A stretch of 64,000 nucleotides of DNA from Felis catus (lineage: Eukaryota), in contig NC_058368.1 in the NCBI RefSeq assembly GCF_018350175.1, forward strand, positions 215,142,001-215,206,000, read 5' to 3'. This document shows positions 11,251 to 24,232 of this stretch, piece after piece (the first letter of the stretch is position 1; each line of letters starts with the position of its first letter). The position numbers and the translations under genes are program-made. The notes beneath the pieces were generated by a model, which was not told the DNA's origin, ran no database searches, and saw only the letters and a program-made list of their open reading frames with translations.

Positions 11251-12672
11251 AGCAAAGTAGAAACTTAAATGTAAAATGTTGGTGTTTGTTGTCTAATGCC
11301 TGACAAGCACAGATACACTTTTTTGTAAAAGTAAGCATTAGTACTTCTGACAAAAATAATTTTTCAATCTCTGGTAAATAAAATATTTTATATCTTGTAT
11401 ATTTTTATTGATTGGATATACTATTATAAAATGCTCTCTGATAATTTTACGATCAAACATCTTCTACTCAGGGTATATATATTTTTCTTTGCCTTAAAAA
11501 GAACCTACAGATTCTTATTTGTGGAAGCTTGGTATATTACCCATCCTCATGCTGAAAACAACTGAAGGATGGTAGATAAAGTATGTTTTAGCTTAATGAC
11601 TTGGAAATGAGATACAGGATATTCAGAAACTAAAAGGTAGATGAGAGAGGGATCCAGGGAGGTCAACAGAGCACTAAAGCTTACTTTTGCCCTGAAGATG
11701 TTTGATAAACCTTATTAACTTTCAGGTCACTGTGGATAAAGTCTAGAGCCTACTGAGATGTGTAGAAACTCAAAAGAGGTCCCTTGCCCCATTAAACTGG
11801 GATCCAAGAAAACTTAATCCTCTCTTCAGTGGTTAACTGTAATTGGCCCACCTCAATTCCAAAGTACATATAGTTCATGACTGTATAAACATTGGCTCCC
11901 AGGTTGGGAAACATTTGTTTCTTTCTTTAGGTTCTATAACCTCAAGTCAACATCACCACAAGTTTGCACCAAATTCATACTCTCTGGATATTTGGAAATC
12001 TCAAAATGCATAATTTATTTAAGGTGTTTTTGCTTTCATTAGAAAGTCAGAAACAGGAGCAGTTTCTCTCTAGAGTAACCTACCTTCAACACTGGCCTCA
12101 AATTTTTCCTCAAATTTACCTTCCAAAAAAATTAAAGAAATATACAGCTCATGGTATAAACAAATCATAAAATATCCAGAAAAATAATAAATCCCACACA
12201 AGTTCCACCTGGATATACATGGTCAATTGATGCTTATTATTATTCTTGCTTTTCTAAGACATTCAATGTTTACATTTCCTAGACTTCTCTGATCAAAATT
12301 TCAGCTAGATTTCACATATAAGAAGCATCCACATAAAATCTGAAAAGCTAAAGAGAATAAGAAACCGCCTAGTAGATGATACAGCTATGTGGTTCTTCCA
12401 CTGGTGGATGTGTTCCTCTGAGACTGGCTCACTTGGTCACCTAAATGAGCCACAAGACAGGGCATGAACAGCATCCGCCTCATATCACAGCTTTCACATA
12501 CCATCCTGAGTCATCCTTGTTAGGGTTTGAGGAAGGTGAGATCATTGGCTAGAGATCCCAGTAATTGCTACATTTCTGGAGTTTCTGAAAGCTATTGGCA
12601 GAATCACTGACATTTGGCATACTAGTCGTTTCAAGTTAGTGTGAGCCTTTATTTTCCCATTGTTATTTTATT

Positions 12673-13130
12673 TTATTTTATTTTATTTTATTTTATTTTA
12701 TTTATTTTTTCAATATATGAAATTTATTGTCAAATTGGTTTCTATACAACACCCAGTGCTCATCCCAAAAGGTGCCCTCCTCAATACCCATCACCCACCC
12801 TCCCCTCCCTCCCACCCCCCATCAACCCTCAGTTTGTTCTCAGTTTTTAAGTGTCTCTTATGCTTTGGCTCTCTTCCACTCTAACCCTTTTTTTTTTCCT
12901 TCCCCTCCTCCATGGGTTTCTGTTAAGTTTCTCAGGATTCACATAAGAGTGAAACCATATGGTATCTGTCTTTCTCTGTATGGCTTATTTCACTTAGCAT
13001 CACACTCTCCAGTTCCATCCATGTTGCTAGAAAGGGCCATATTTCATTCTTTCTCATTGCCACGTAGTATTCCATTGTGTATATAAACCACAATTTTTTT
13101 ATCCATTCATCAGTTGATGGACATTTAGGC
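12673..13130 (-). mobile_element. Young 5'-truncated felid LINE-1 (ORF2 C-terminus, 3' UTR, (TAAAA)n tail)
   Basis: Intact ORF2 end PKCPSTDEWIKKLWFIYTMEYY...LSEISHTEKDRYHMVSLLCES*; 17-bp TSD cccattgtt(a/t)ttttatt at 12656-12672 and 13131-13147. Confidence 0.96.
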
Positions 13131-13260
13131 CCCATTGTTTTTTTATTAAGACTTCTACAGGGACATCCATTTTCCTGTGAGACTTTGGTAAATATACTAG
13201 ATTGTAAAAACCAGGCAACAGCTGGTAAGCTCAGAAATCACTCAGAAGTTAGAATTACTG

Positions 13261-13460
13261 GGGGCACTTGCATGGCTCAGTCAGTTAGGCATTGGACTTT
13301 GGCTCACGTCATAAGCTCCCAGTCTGTGAGTTCAAGCCCTGCGTTGGGCTCTGTGTGACAGTTCAGAGCCTGGAGCCTGCTTCGGATTCTGTGTCTCCCT
13401 CCCTCTCTGCTCCTCCCCCACTTGTGCTCTCTCTCTCAAAAATAAATACACATTAAAAAA
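13261..13460 (+). mobile_element. Can-SINE
   Basis: TSD agaa(g/a)ttagaattactg at 13244-13260 and 13461-13477. Confidence 0.95.
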
Positions 13461-13785
13461 AGAAATTAGAATTACTGAAGCAGAATAGAAAAGGCATATT
13501 TTAAACAATGCTTAAAAAACTTAAAGATAGGATTAAAAATATGACTAAAGAGCAACAGACATACTAATGGCCAAATTAACCTGAAAAAGTTGGAGATTAA
13601 CCAGACAAAAAGATGAAAAATATGTAAAAAGGGTAAGGAATACAGGAAATGAGTGAGAAGATACAATATATGTTTAAGGTAACTTCAGAATAACAGAGAA
13701 AAAAGGGTGAGCACTTGAGAAATAATGGATTTTCCAGATATGATGAAATCTACAGGTTCAGGAATTTCTGTGAATCACAAGCTAT

Positions 13786-13789
<4 letters not shown>

Positions 13790-13835
<46 letters not shown>
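13790..13835. repeat. (CA)n microsatellite
   Basis: Directly visible perfect run. Confidence 0.97.
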
Positions 13836-13837
<2 letters not shown>

Positions 13838-16789
13838 AACAGGAAACAGTATTTAGATTCATGAATTCAAACTTATAATGTCAAAGAAATAGAGAAAATT
13901 TGTAGAACACCAAGAAATAAAAGATAGCTTACCCAGAAACAAAATTAGGCTGCTGGAAACCTGTCAGAAATTGGTTGAATTTTAAATTTAATGAGTTGAG
14001 AAAAATTTCTTGGCAATGTATTATCTCTTATGGTGTATATGTGTGTGCACACACATGCATGTGTTTAAAATAGCAATCAACAAAGCTACAGATAGATATA
14101 AAATGTCTTTTTATAATTGCGAATTTATCAAATATGGCTCTGTCAGTGATTGATAGATCAAACAGACAAAAATTCAAAAATTATACAGATGATATAAATA
14201 ACTGAAATACCAATATTAATCTGATACGTGAAAAATGACACAGCACAGTGAAGAATATGTCTTCTATTCAAGCGCATATGGACCAGTAAGAAAATTGACC
14301 TCATAAAGGACTGGTCAACCAACCCTAATCAAAATTCAAACTATTAACAGTATCTATCAACTACAAAAAAATTATGTTAGAAATATATAATAAAGAAACC
14401 CCCAGAAAAGTCCAGGTGTTTAGACATGAAAAAAAAAAACTATTAGATTGGAGAGGAAAAGATCATGGTATTTAAGCATGATTAAAGTGAAAGATAAAGA
14501 AAATGCTACTTATCAAAACTTGCTGCATATAGCTAAATGGTCTTAAAGAAAACTGCATCCTTATTTGTATAAAATAGGATATATGAAAATAAAGATATAA
14601 AAACAAAATCATGGGCTATTGAAATAGAAAAGAGAAATGAAGTAGAGAATATATAATTGCCAAAGATATCTTCATTGATGAAAAATAGATGACTATTTAA
14701 CAAAGATTAAGGGGGAAAATGAGGATCCCAAATAAATAAAAATAGAAAAAATGGTGATCTGTAAAAGTAAGTATAAAATTAAAAATATATTAACTAAAAT
14801 TTATATCAGTAGGAAAACTTGCATTTACTTCTCAGTAATTTACAAAAAATGGCTCAAAAAAAAACCCTCATGAGTCTTGGAAGTTTTAATTAAATCGATC
14901 AATATTCTAAAATCTTATAATAAACTAACAGGCCCAGATTTTGTTTCCAGTGAATTCCACCAAGTGTTTAAGGAACACATATTTTTAAAGCTTACCCAAA
15001 CTACTGCAGGACCTTCAACTTATTTTATAAGACAAGAACAACTTTTACCCAAAGACTGATAAAGACATTACCCAATGGAAAATTTCATGCTAATTTCATT
15101 CATGGTTATGAATTTAAAAATCTTAAATAAAACACTTGAAATATGAATCATGAATCTGGAAATGACATTGGGTTCATTCCAGGACTGCAAGTTTGATTTA
15201 ACATTAGAAAATTAAAATCATTTGCATGTTAATGGAAAACTAATTCATTCATTCACCTAATAAGCACAGAAGACGCATTGTCATAAAATTTCTGATAAAA
15301 TTTTTCATCTAAACATCAAAAGGGTATTTCCATAGGTTGATAATCTCATTTGAATAATTACATTGTATAATAGATTTAAAAATAATATATTTATTTTTTA
15401 CTCACTTACTGGTTCAGCGTGGGTTCACCTGTTGAGCAGGTCTTCTTTAGAGACCTCAGGGGTCAGCTGCTTTCTTTTCATCATGTGATTTTTCAATAGG
15501 ATAGCTTTATCATGTATTGTTCAAAATAGAATATCTTTGAAATGATGGGGAAAACTATAAATAATTTGCCTAGAATATCAGGTGTAAGTCTTTACTGTCC
15601 CAGACAAACTGGGATAGACAGTCATCCTTCAAAAGATTTCTCTGGTCATAGCAATTTCTATGTTTAGGATGGGTCATAAAGTATGAAAGAACATAAAGGA
15701 TTTCCTGAAATTATATGCATCATTTTTAATCAGCTTCATTTTCTGTAATTTGTCACATAACTTATGGAATTGCAAGGTTGGTAGGAAATTTGGTCAAATA
15801 TTTGCCCATAGAGTAAGATTGATTTTCATCAATAGCTAGTGGTCTTTGCCATATATAATACAGAATATCTGAAAAAATCTTTGTCATTATATTTAATCAT
15901 GAAAATATTAAAAGAATGATAATGCAAGATCAAGACCAATCAAGGATACACAATCTTATTTAATACTGATTTGGAAATCCTACCCAGAGATAAATGAGAT
16001 AAGGTACAAAGCTTGGAAAAGTATTCAAAGTGTTATTTATTATTTACAGATAATATGATTTTCTAATAGAAACCACTAACACACTCTATGTAAATTATTA
16101 GAATTCAACATGGATTCAGGATTCAAAATTAACATAGAACAATTACATTTCTATAGTCCAACAATAAGTGTTATTAAAAATAACATGGACTATTTTGCTA
16201 CAATACTGATAATAATATAAATAAATCTAATGAAAGCTGTATAAGAGCAGTATAGAAAATATTACAAGACTTTATTAAAGTATACTAAATTAGACCTAAA
16301 TAAATTATGGTATATAATACATAATAATAGTTAAAATATAAACTCTCAAGAAATTATCCAATAGATTCAATACAATGCATATTAAATAAAATCAAGCTAC
16401 AATCTGCAAAGGATTTGACTCATAAACACACACACGGATGCACATAAGGAATAGCAAGGAGTCCAGAATGACTCAGATACTGCTTAATTTGGATAGGGTA
16501 TTTCAAAGATAGTTTTTTTTATAAATTATATTTGGCTGTACTTGTTAGAATGTTTTCATTATGCTGTATATTTTCTCTGCGCAATATCTTAGAGAAATAA
16601 AGTGTTGGATAGTTTAATGGAGAGTAAACTTAGACCACTTTTATAGACAGGTCAAAGATGCATGCCAAACTTCTGTATGAGAATTCTGGGAGTGGCTTGA
16701 CCAGGAAACACTCAAGAATCCTTATTGATGGTTTTCATCTGATGAGAGTAAACATGCAAATAAGTTTCTCTTTTTCACAAATCTTTCTC

Positions 16790-17820
16790 TTCTACTCATG
16801 TTGTTCTGTTGAGTTACAGACTTGTATATCAAACTCACATCTCCACATTGAAGTGTGTGGACATTTGCATTTGTTTGAGATTGAATATGTTATGTGTACA
16901 TCTTCAGTTCTCATCACATGAGATCTAGTTCAACCAGCTGTCAGAGAAACTGGATTATCACCCTGGATTCTTTCTTTTCCTTTTCTCCCTCTTCTATGTT
17001 TTCTACTGTATAAAAATGAATCACTGCTAGGAAATAGATTTAACAATAAAATCTTTGGCCGTTCTGTCTCCTGTTGTTAAATTTCCCACTCCCTTCTTCA
17101 GGCTCTCATCATTTCTGATTGGTTTGCAGTGTGGTGTTAATCCATTCTTCTAGCGGTGCCTAGAGTAGAGCTTCTAAATCAGAACTGATGAGGTTGCTTC
17201 CCTTTAAATTTTCTAATGCTCCAAGTGTCTTCATGAATTGTATACATCCAATTGTATAAATTAATTAAGGTAGATTAGGCTGTAGTATCACATAAACTCC
17301 GTAAAGCATATAATGGCTTAACCGATGTTAAATTTCTTGCTTATGAAGCGGCCGCATGGATGTTACTGGTTTTTCAGAGAGCTTCCTGTCATACACTGAT
17401 TCCGGGGCCCACATTCTTTCCATCTTTTGGCTCCTTACAATCTATTCCTGCCAACAAAAAGAAGAAACAAAAAATCATAAACCAATGAAATGAAGCACAG
17501 TCACATTCTAAAAGCCTAGAAATGGTACCCATATTCTATTGACTGGAAATCAGTTCCATGGCAACATCTAGGTGAAAATAAGCCTGAAAAATGAAGTCAG
17601 TCTGTGTGCTCAGGAGAAAGAGTGTGGATTTTGGTAACTACTTGCCTTTAAAGATGTTATGATCTGGGCCTGCTTGCCTTATATTATCTCTTGCTACTTC
17701 CTGGCTCCATGCAAACACTCTCTCTAGCCATCATGAATTATCTGCAACTCTCTACATTCTCTTTTCTCAGGACCAATTTATATGTTGGCATTTTCTTGTT
17801 GAATTTAATTTTCCACACCA
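16790..17820 (+). mobile_element. L2 remnant, interrupted by an MLT1 LTR
   Basis: gagttacagacttgtatatcaaactc...ctccacattg and gaaactggattatcaccctggattctttc...caggctctcatcatttct resemble L2. Confidence 0.6.
17262..17648 (-). mobile_element. Old MLT1 (J/K-like) LTR
   Basis: taggctgtagtatcaca...aatggcttaacc...attctattgactggaaatcagttccatggc...ctgaaaaatgaagtc...tgtgtgctcaggag. Confidence 0.65.
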
Positions 17821-17828
17821 AGCCCATT

Positions 17829-18130
17829 GTTGTGAGCCTAGACGTAGATGTGTCCCTCACCCCCAAATTCATGTTTTGAAGTCCCAAACCCAGTACTTCA
17901 GAATGTAACTATAATTGGAGATGAGCTCTCTAAAGAGGTGTTTAAGTTCAAATAAGGCTGTCCCAGAGTGGGCTCTAATCTAACATGCCTCGTGTCCTTA
18001 AAAGAAGTGGAGGAAACACTAGAGATGCATGCCCAGTGCACAGAGAAGAGATCATGTGATGACACACTGAGAAGGCAGCCATCTGAAAACCAAAGAGAGA
18101 GACCTCGGAAGATACCAAATACTGATGTTA
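17829..18130 (+). mobile_element. MLT1A/B-like LTR, 3' end missing
   Basis: ccccaaattcatgttttgaagtccc...cagaatgtaactataattggagatgag...gtgtccttaaaagaag...gaaggcagccatctgaaaaccaaagagagagacctc. Confidence 0.85.
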
Positions 18131-19994
18131 GCTAGCACCTCTATCATGTATGTGACTTTCTTTGTGGGCAGACAAAGATGTGATAAATGAGTGGATGGGC
18201 CAGCCTAATTGAGTGAAGGTTGAGGTGACAACAAAGGACACAAAGCAAGAAAACATAATGTGAGGTTCAGACATCTAAATCCCTTGGAACTGATTCCATA
18301 AGAGGAGCAGACTGTTCTCCAAGACAGCCAGATCATAAAGTGATCTACTGGAGAAGCTCTGATAAATAAAAGCTACTTATTTCCACTAACTTTGAACATA
18401 TACATGGCTAGCTGATTCATTAGCACATTACCTAATACTGATGCTTAATTTTTGCAAACTACAATCACAATCCTGGGGAGTAGGACCCCAAGAGCCCTGC
18501 AGTATGCCTTGAAATAGCATGCTTATATTTTGCCCGAGCAGGCATAGATTATCAGAAAGATGCAGATTTACTAGGACTAGTAATTTAAATATTGTATCCA
18601 CTAACGTTATTTAAGAGGCTTGGTGAATAATAGCTCACTCATTTGTCCCTCTTGTCACCAGAGTTCTCTTGATCTGCTGAGTAAACAAGATCTTGGAGAT
18701 TTTGGTTGCAGATATTTTTATGCTACTATATTCTATGGCATAGAACACATATAATTTTTTTCTTGCCTGCTCTCTTAAGCAGATAAATGCACGATCTCGA
18801 AAGTTATTAGCATATCAGTGTCTAATTGACTGTAATAAAAAATGAAAAATCCTAATAACATTCCTATATGTCATTCCCATAGACCTCAATTATTCAGAAG
18901 TTTCATAATGCTGCTGCTGCCTAGTAGAGTATAACCCATTAAATATGCATCTGGGCTAAAATATAAAAGTTTCTCAAATGCTCATAGGATGAAATCATGG
19001 TGGTGTTTTAAAATTTAATGTTGCTTAACCTGCAACACAATGAATTCCTCTGCCTGGATATAAAGTTTATGGTGTGAAAGTCAAAATTAATCCATGGTGT
19101 TTTGTAAAACTGGTCACACCAAAATTTTTATTTTTCTTTCTTTGTTCAACTTTTGTTTTCTGCTCCAAATATGCAGCTTGCCTCTGACAAAGTTTTAAAG
19201 TTTGAAAAGAAGAATAGCCATCTAACAAATTGTTATGGCTGTTATTCACCTAACTCAAGTAAATAAGATCAAGAAAAATAAAAGGAGAAATTAAGCAAGT
19301 TGTTATATATTTCAAACTCTACCTCAAATCAATCTATGTTTCTGTCCATCTATTTATCTATCTATCTATCTAATCATCATCATCTATCAAAGAGCAAAGA
19401 ACAACCCAGACACATTTAAAAAATTAAATATTCAAAGATAATTTTGCATAAGTATCATGAAAAATAAACAGTTGTTATGTGAGATAATATTTAACAAATT
19501 TTTTTGTCTGCCAGACATGTTAGGTAACATGTATGCTATTATTTTAAAGTATGCCACACATTTTGTTGTGTATTCTTAATATTCTTTAAGAAATTAAGTT
19601 TATGCTATTTTATTTGACAATAAACACAGATGTATATCTGAGAAAAATATGCAAATCTACACCTTGCATCAAACGAACTCTTTAAAAAATTATAGGAAAA
19701 CATCATTATATATGTCCACAGGACTTTAAGAAAACTATAGATAATTTGTAATTTCAGTATCATTTTGGAAGATGAGTATTTCCAAAATGAACTTAAACCA
19801 ACAACATTACTTATCACATTCAAAATCCATTCCTAATTTAAAAATGCACTTACCACTTTTAGAATTTATAACATATTTCATACAACTACTTTTTGTCCTT
19901 AACCTTTTTATAGATGTGGACATTCTGGAAAACATTCTGAAGGCAGTTATCAAGATGATGAATTGCTTTGGACATCAAGTCACTGAGGGTTAGA

Positions 19995-20000
19995 TTTTCC

Positions 20001-20074
<74 letters not shown>

Positions 20075-20123
20075 CTCCCTCCCTCCCTCCCTCCCTCCCT
20101 CTCTCCCTCCCTCCCTCTCTTTC

Positions 20124-20170
<47 letters not shown>

Positions 20171-20286
20171 CTTCTTTCTCTTCTTTCTCTTCTTTCTCTT
20201 CTTTCTCTTCTTTCTCTTCTTTCTCTTCTTTCTCTTCTTTCTCTTCTTTCTCTTCTTTCTCTTCTTTCTCTTCTTTCTCTTCTTTT
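19995..20286. repeat. Compound pure-pyrimidine repeat (TTTC)n-(CTCC)n-(TTTC)n-(TTTCTCTTC)~13
   Basis: 292 consecutive C/T bases on the plus strand. Confidence 0.97.
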
Positions 20287-21310
20287 ATTAAAGTATCCCA
20301 GAAGCATAGATACAGGGGTGATAGACAAAGAGAAAGGTAATACAGCTCAGGTTTTGGGAGAGATTTTCTAACTTGCAAAGGTGCCTAAAGATAAATTTAC
20401 TTCTTTCAAATGTAGTGTATTTAATAATCAACTGAGGATATTTCAAAATAAGCTAGGAAAAGAGTTGTTGCGAGTTTATGCTGAGAAGATTAAGTCATGA
20501 GACGGTTGAACTTGGGTTTTAGGAGCAATATCAATCCTTTTTTCTACGTCCCTGGAAAGCAGTGGTTGGAAAATGAGAAAAGCCATAGTATCAGCCCCTT
20601 CTCTTGGGCAGGGCAGAAATATCTCCAACATTCAAGTAACCTGGTCTATGCGTTCTTTAAAAAAAAATACTGATCAGTACTCTTTATGTGTTTATATTTG
20701 TTTCCTTATATTAATATATCTTTACTGACATGGTATCAAAGGGGAAAAAAAAAAACTAAAAGTTGTGCTAATGCCCAAAGATACGCATGCATGCACACAC
20801 ACACTCCCCAATATTTAGTAGGTGAGAAATCTGTTATTCCATGCCTTTGGATTAAATGGGGTGAATCAAATGGCATGAATTAATAATTAATCCATAGCTA
20901 AACCATGTTTTTCTCATGGAACATGTGGAAGAAAGCCCCTTGACTCTACCTTCAAAAAAGAAGTTTTATAAAACACTTCATCATTGTTCTATGAGTGGAG
21001 ACATTTCAAAACTATGACTAATTTATAGAATTTATTGGCAAAAATATATCTTCTGCCAAAACACACACATAGAACATGCACACACCAAGAGACACATATG
21101 CACGTGCTTTTACTATGTTGAAAAAAAATATTTAAAATAAAGCCATCTATTTTAATAATGATGCACTCATTGCACATTTTAAGGTCTGAAAATACTTTAA
21201 AATTTAAATGTAAAAATCAAGGAAATTTTCAGGTGAAAAAAATAACTTGCTAGTAGAGGACATATTTGTAGTTAAGGACATTTTAAAAGCCAAATTGATA
21301 CCTGTCTTAA

Positions 21311-21502
21311 GTTTTTTTTTTAATATTTATTAATTTTTGAGAGGGGGCAGGGTCAGAGAGAGAGAGGGAGACACAGACCTGAAGCAGCCTCCAGACTCCG
21401 AGCTGCCAGTACAGAGCCCAATGCTGGGCTCGAACTTGTGAACCGCTAGATCATGACGTGAGCTGAAATCGACACTTACCTGACTGAGTGACTCTGGCGC
21501 TC
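21311..21502 (-). mobile_element. Can-SINE
   Basis: Typical body; TSD tgata(c/g)ctgtctt at 21296-21308 and 21503-21515. Confidence 0.92.
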
Positions 21503-22381
21503 TGATAGCTGTCTTTAAAAAAACATATAACAAAAAAAAATTAATTAATTAAAAAAACATGTAACAAAACAAAAATTGTACTTGTAAGCTGAAATACTAT
21601 CTCATCATGTTTTTCTTTCCCCTTATTCCTCCAAATCCATTAATGCCCTCACATCCTCAAAAAATAACACATTTAGGTTTTTGGCAAAACTTACATATTG
21701 TTTTTAAAAGGAAATATTTGAACAAAATATGAGTTCATTTATTCCAATTTTTGTTGACTTTTGAAATTCTTTTAAATTTTAGAAGAGCTTCAGATTTCTA
21801 GAAACATGCAAAATAATAAAGAGTTTATATATACCCCACACTCAGTTTCTGTGTGAATACTTTATATTTATATGGTATGTTGGTCACAATTAAGGAACCA
21901 GTACTGATAATTATTTACTAAACTACATACTTTATCTGGACTTTCTTAGTGTTATTTAATGTCTTGTTCTATTTCAGGATCCCTTCCAGGAAACTACATT
22001 ACATTTATTTATTGTGTCTCTTTAGGTTCCTATTGGCTATGATAGTTTCTCTGATTTTCCTTGTTTATCATGACCTGGACAGATTTGCAGAACACTGATA
22101 AAGTATTTTTTAAATGCTTCTCAGTTGAAATGTTTGTAAAAATTTTATCATGAGTGGGTACTGAAATTTTCAAATATTCTCTCTGCATCAATGAATATGA
22201 TCATACATTTTTCCTTTAATCTGTTGATAATGGTAGATTATATTTACAGAGTTTGAATGTTGAAACAGCCTCATATACTTAAAATAAATCCGACTTGGTG
22301 CATAATTCTTTTTATATATTGTTGGATTTGTTGAGGATTTCTGCTTGTGTTTTCTGAGAGAATTTGGCCTATAAGCTTTTT

Positions 22382-22428
22382 AAATTTTTTTAATTTTAAT
22401 TTTTTAGGGGTTTTTTTCTTTAACGTTT

Positions 22429-22467
<39 letters not shown>

Positions 22468-22632
22468 CTAGCATGAGGTGGGGGGGAAGAGAGAGGGAGA
22501 CAGAAGATCTGAAGTTGCCCTGCCCTGTGAGCAGAGAGCCCTACACAGGGCTGGAACCCACAAACCATGAGACCATGATCTGAGTCGAAAATCAAGAGTC
22601 TAAGGCTTAACCATGAGCCACCCAGGCACCCC
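22382..22632 (-). mobile_element. Can-SINE (first of a tandem pair)
   Basis: (GA)n, gggctggaacccacaaaccatgagaccatgatctgag, ends ccacccaggcacccc. Confidence 0.92.
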
Positions 22633-22661
22633 TTTTTAGTTTTTTTTAATGTTTATTTATT

Positions 22662-22696
<35 letters not shown>

Positions 22697-22899
22697 CAGA
22701 GCATAGGTAACAGAGGGAGAGAGAGAGAGGGAGACATAGAATCCAAAGTAGGCTCCAGGCTCTGAGCTGTCTCCCTCTCGCTCTCCCTCTCTCTCTCTCT
22801 TCCTCTCAAGAGCCAGACTCTGGGCTCGAACTCATGAGCTGTGAGATCATGACCTGAGCCAAAATTGGATGCTTAACTGACTGAGCCACCCAGGTGCCT
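22633..22899 (-). mobile_element. Can-SINE with internal inverted insertion (second of the pair)
   Basis: Typical body; shared outer TSD ctataa(g/t)cttttt at 22369-22381 and 22900-22912. Confidence 0.92.
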
Positions 22900-23483
22900 C
22901 TATAATCTTTTTTTATTGTAATATTTGTATATGGTGTTGTTAACTGGGTTATGGTAACATCGCAGCATAAAGAATGATTCTCCTGCTTTTATTTTCTGGA
23001 AGAGATTTCAGAGAGTAAGTATCATTTCTCCTTTAAATGTTCAAAGAATTAATTGTGAAATAATCTCAGTTTGATGCTTCATTTGGGACGGTTTTCAATT
23101 ATTGATAAAATTTTATTATAGATAAAAGGCTTTAATGTTCTCTGTTTCTCCTTCTGTGAGTTTTGGTAAATGTGTCATTGGTCCATCACATCTACAATTT
23201 TGCAATTTGTATCTATAAAATTGCCTTTAATATTCCCTTGTTAACCTTTTTAGTGTCCATGTATTAGTGGAGATAAACCACTTTTAATTTTTTATATCTT
23301 TATCCTGCGTTGTCTCTGATTCTCTCTTGGTTAGCCTGGCTAGAGGTTTATTAATTTTACTGATGTTTTCCTAAAAGAATAAAAAAGCCTTTAGGTGTTA
23401 TTGATTTTCTCCATTTTTGTTAATTTTGTAGAGTTCTGTTCTTTTTATTTCTTTTTTCTTCTTAAGGCTTAATTTTCCTTTCT

Positions 23484-23505
23484 CTTTTTAAATGTTTATT
23501 TATTT

Positions 23506-23554
<49 letters not shown>

Positions 23555-23714
23555 AGGGAGGAGGGGGGAGGGGAAGAGAGAGAGGGAGAGAGAATCTCAA
23601 GCAGGCTTCATGCTGTAGTCTGGAGCCTGGTGCCAGGCATAGTCTCATGAACCGTGAGATCATGACCTGAGCCACAGAGACGGATGCTTAACCATCTGTG
23701 CCATCCAGGTGCTC
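23484..23714 (-). mobile_element. Can-SINE with long (GA)n/(GGGA)n
   Basis: TSD cttaattt(t/g)cctttct at 23468-23483 and 23715-23730. Confidence 0.93.
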
Positions 23715-24002
23715 CTTAATTTGCCTTTCTTTCTCAAGATGTCTAATGCAAAGACTAGGTTATTATTTTATATATTTTTTCCTTTCTAGTGCATATATTT
23801 ATTACAAATGTTATTTGCTTACCTCCCTTTTTTACCCTTCCCTTACATTCATTGGTTTTGTTTCTTAAATTCCACATATGAGTGAAATCATATCGTATTT
23901 GTCATTCTGACTGACTTATTTCACTTAGCGTAATACATCCTAGCTCTATCCACATCATTGCAAATGGCAAGATTTCATTCTTTTTGATGGCTATTACATT
24001 GG

Positions 24003-24232
24003 ATGTACGTATGTATGTATATGTGTGTATATATTTATGTATGTGTGTATATATACATATATATGTATATGTATATATATGTATATGTATGTATATACAT
24101 ATACATATATATGATGTATATATATGTATATGTATGTATATACATATACATATATATGTATATGTATATATATACATATGTGTATGTGTATATATACATA
24201 TACATATATATGTATATGCACATACAAACATA
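24003..24232. repeat. Complex (TA/TG/CA)n microsatellite expanded within L1
   Basis: Almost entirely alternating purine-pyrimidine; contains a perfect 45-bp tandem duplication (24069-24113, 24114-24158). Confidence 0.95.

Larger units (their letters stand above)
11500..16500 (+). mobile_element. Ancient, heavily decayed L1M (5' region/ORF1/ORF2 remnants) with younger insertions
   Basis: A-rich plus strand; endonuclease-like stretch 14150-14310; TGPDFVSSEFHQVFKE at ~14930-14980 resembles the L1 ORF2 motif PGPDGFTGEFYQTFKE; RT-like remnants at 15050-15320 and 15880-16400. The 5' boundary is uncertain. Confidence 0.7.
21758..23810 (-). mobile_element. Ancient L1 (L1MC/MD-like 3' end joined to ORF2 remnants), hosting three SINEs
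   Basis: caggatcccttccaggaaactacattacatt (old L1M 3' UTR in reverse); ctctgcatcaatgaatatgatcat and ttggttagcctggctagaggtttattaattttactgat (ORF2 in reverse). Confidence 0.75.

Noticed and set aside
12673..13130. Segmental duplication with 54735-55212
   Set aside because: Both are independent 5'-truncated copies of the same young L1 family, with different TSDs and truncation points.
19968..20378. EEK/RER/F-rich ORFs as coiled-coil or membrane proteins
   Set aside because: They are translations of a stop-free simple repeat.
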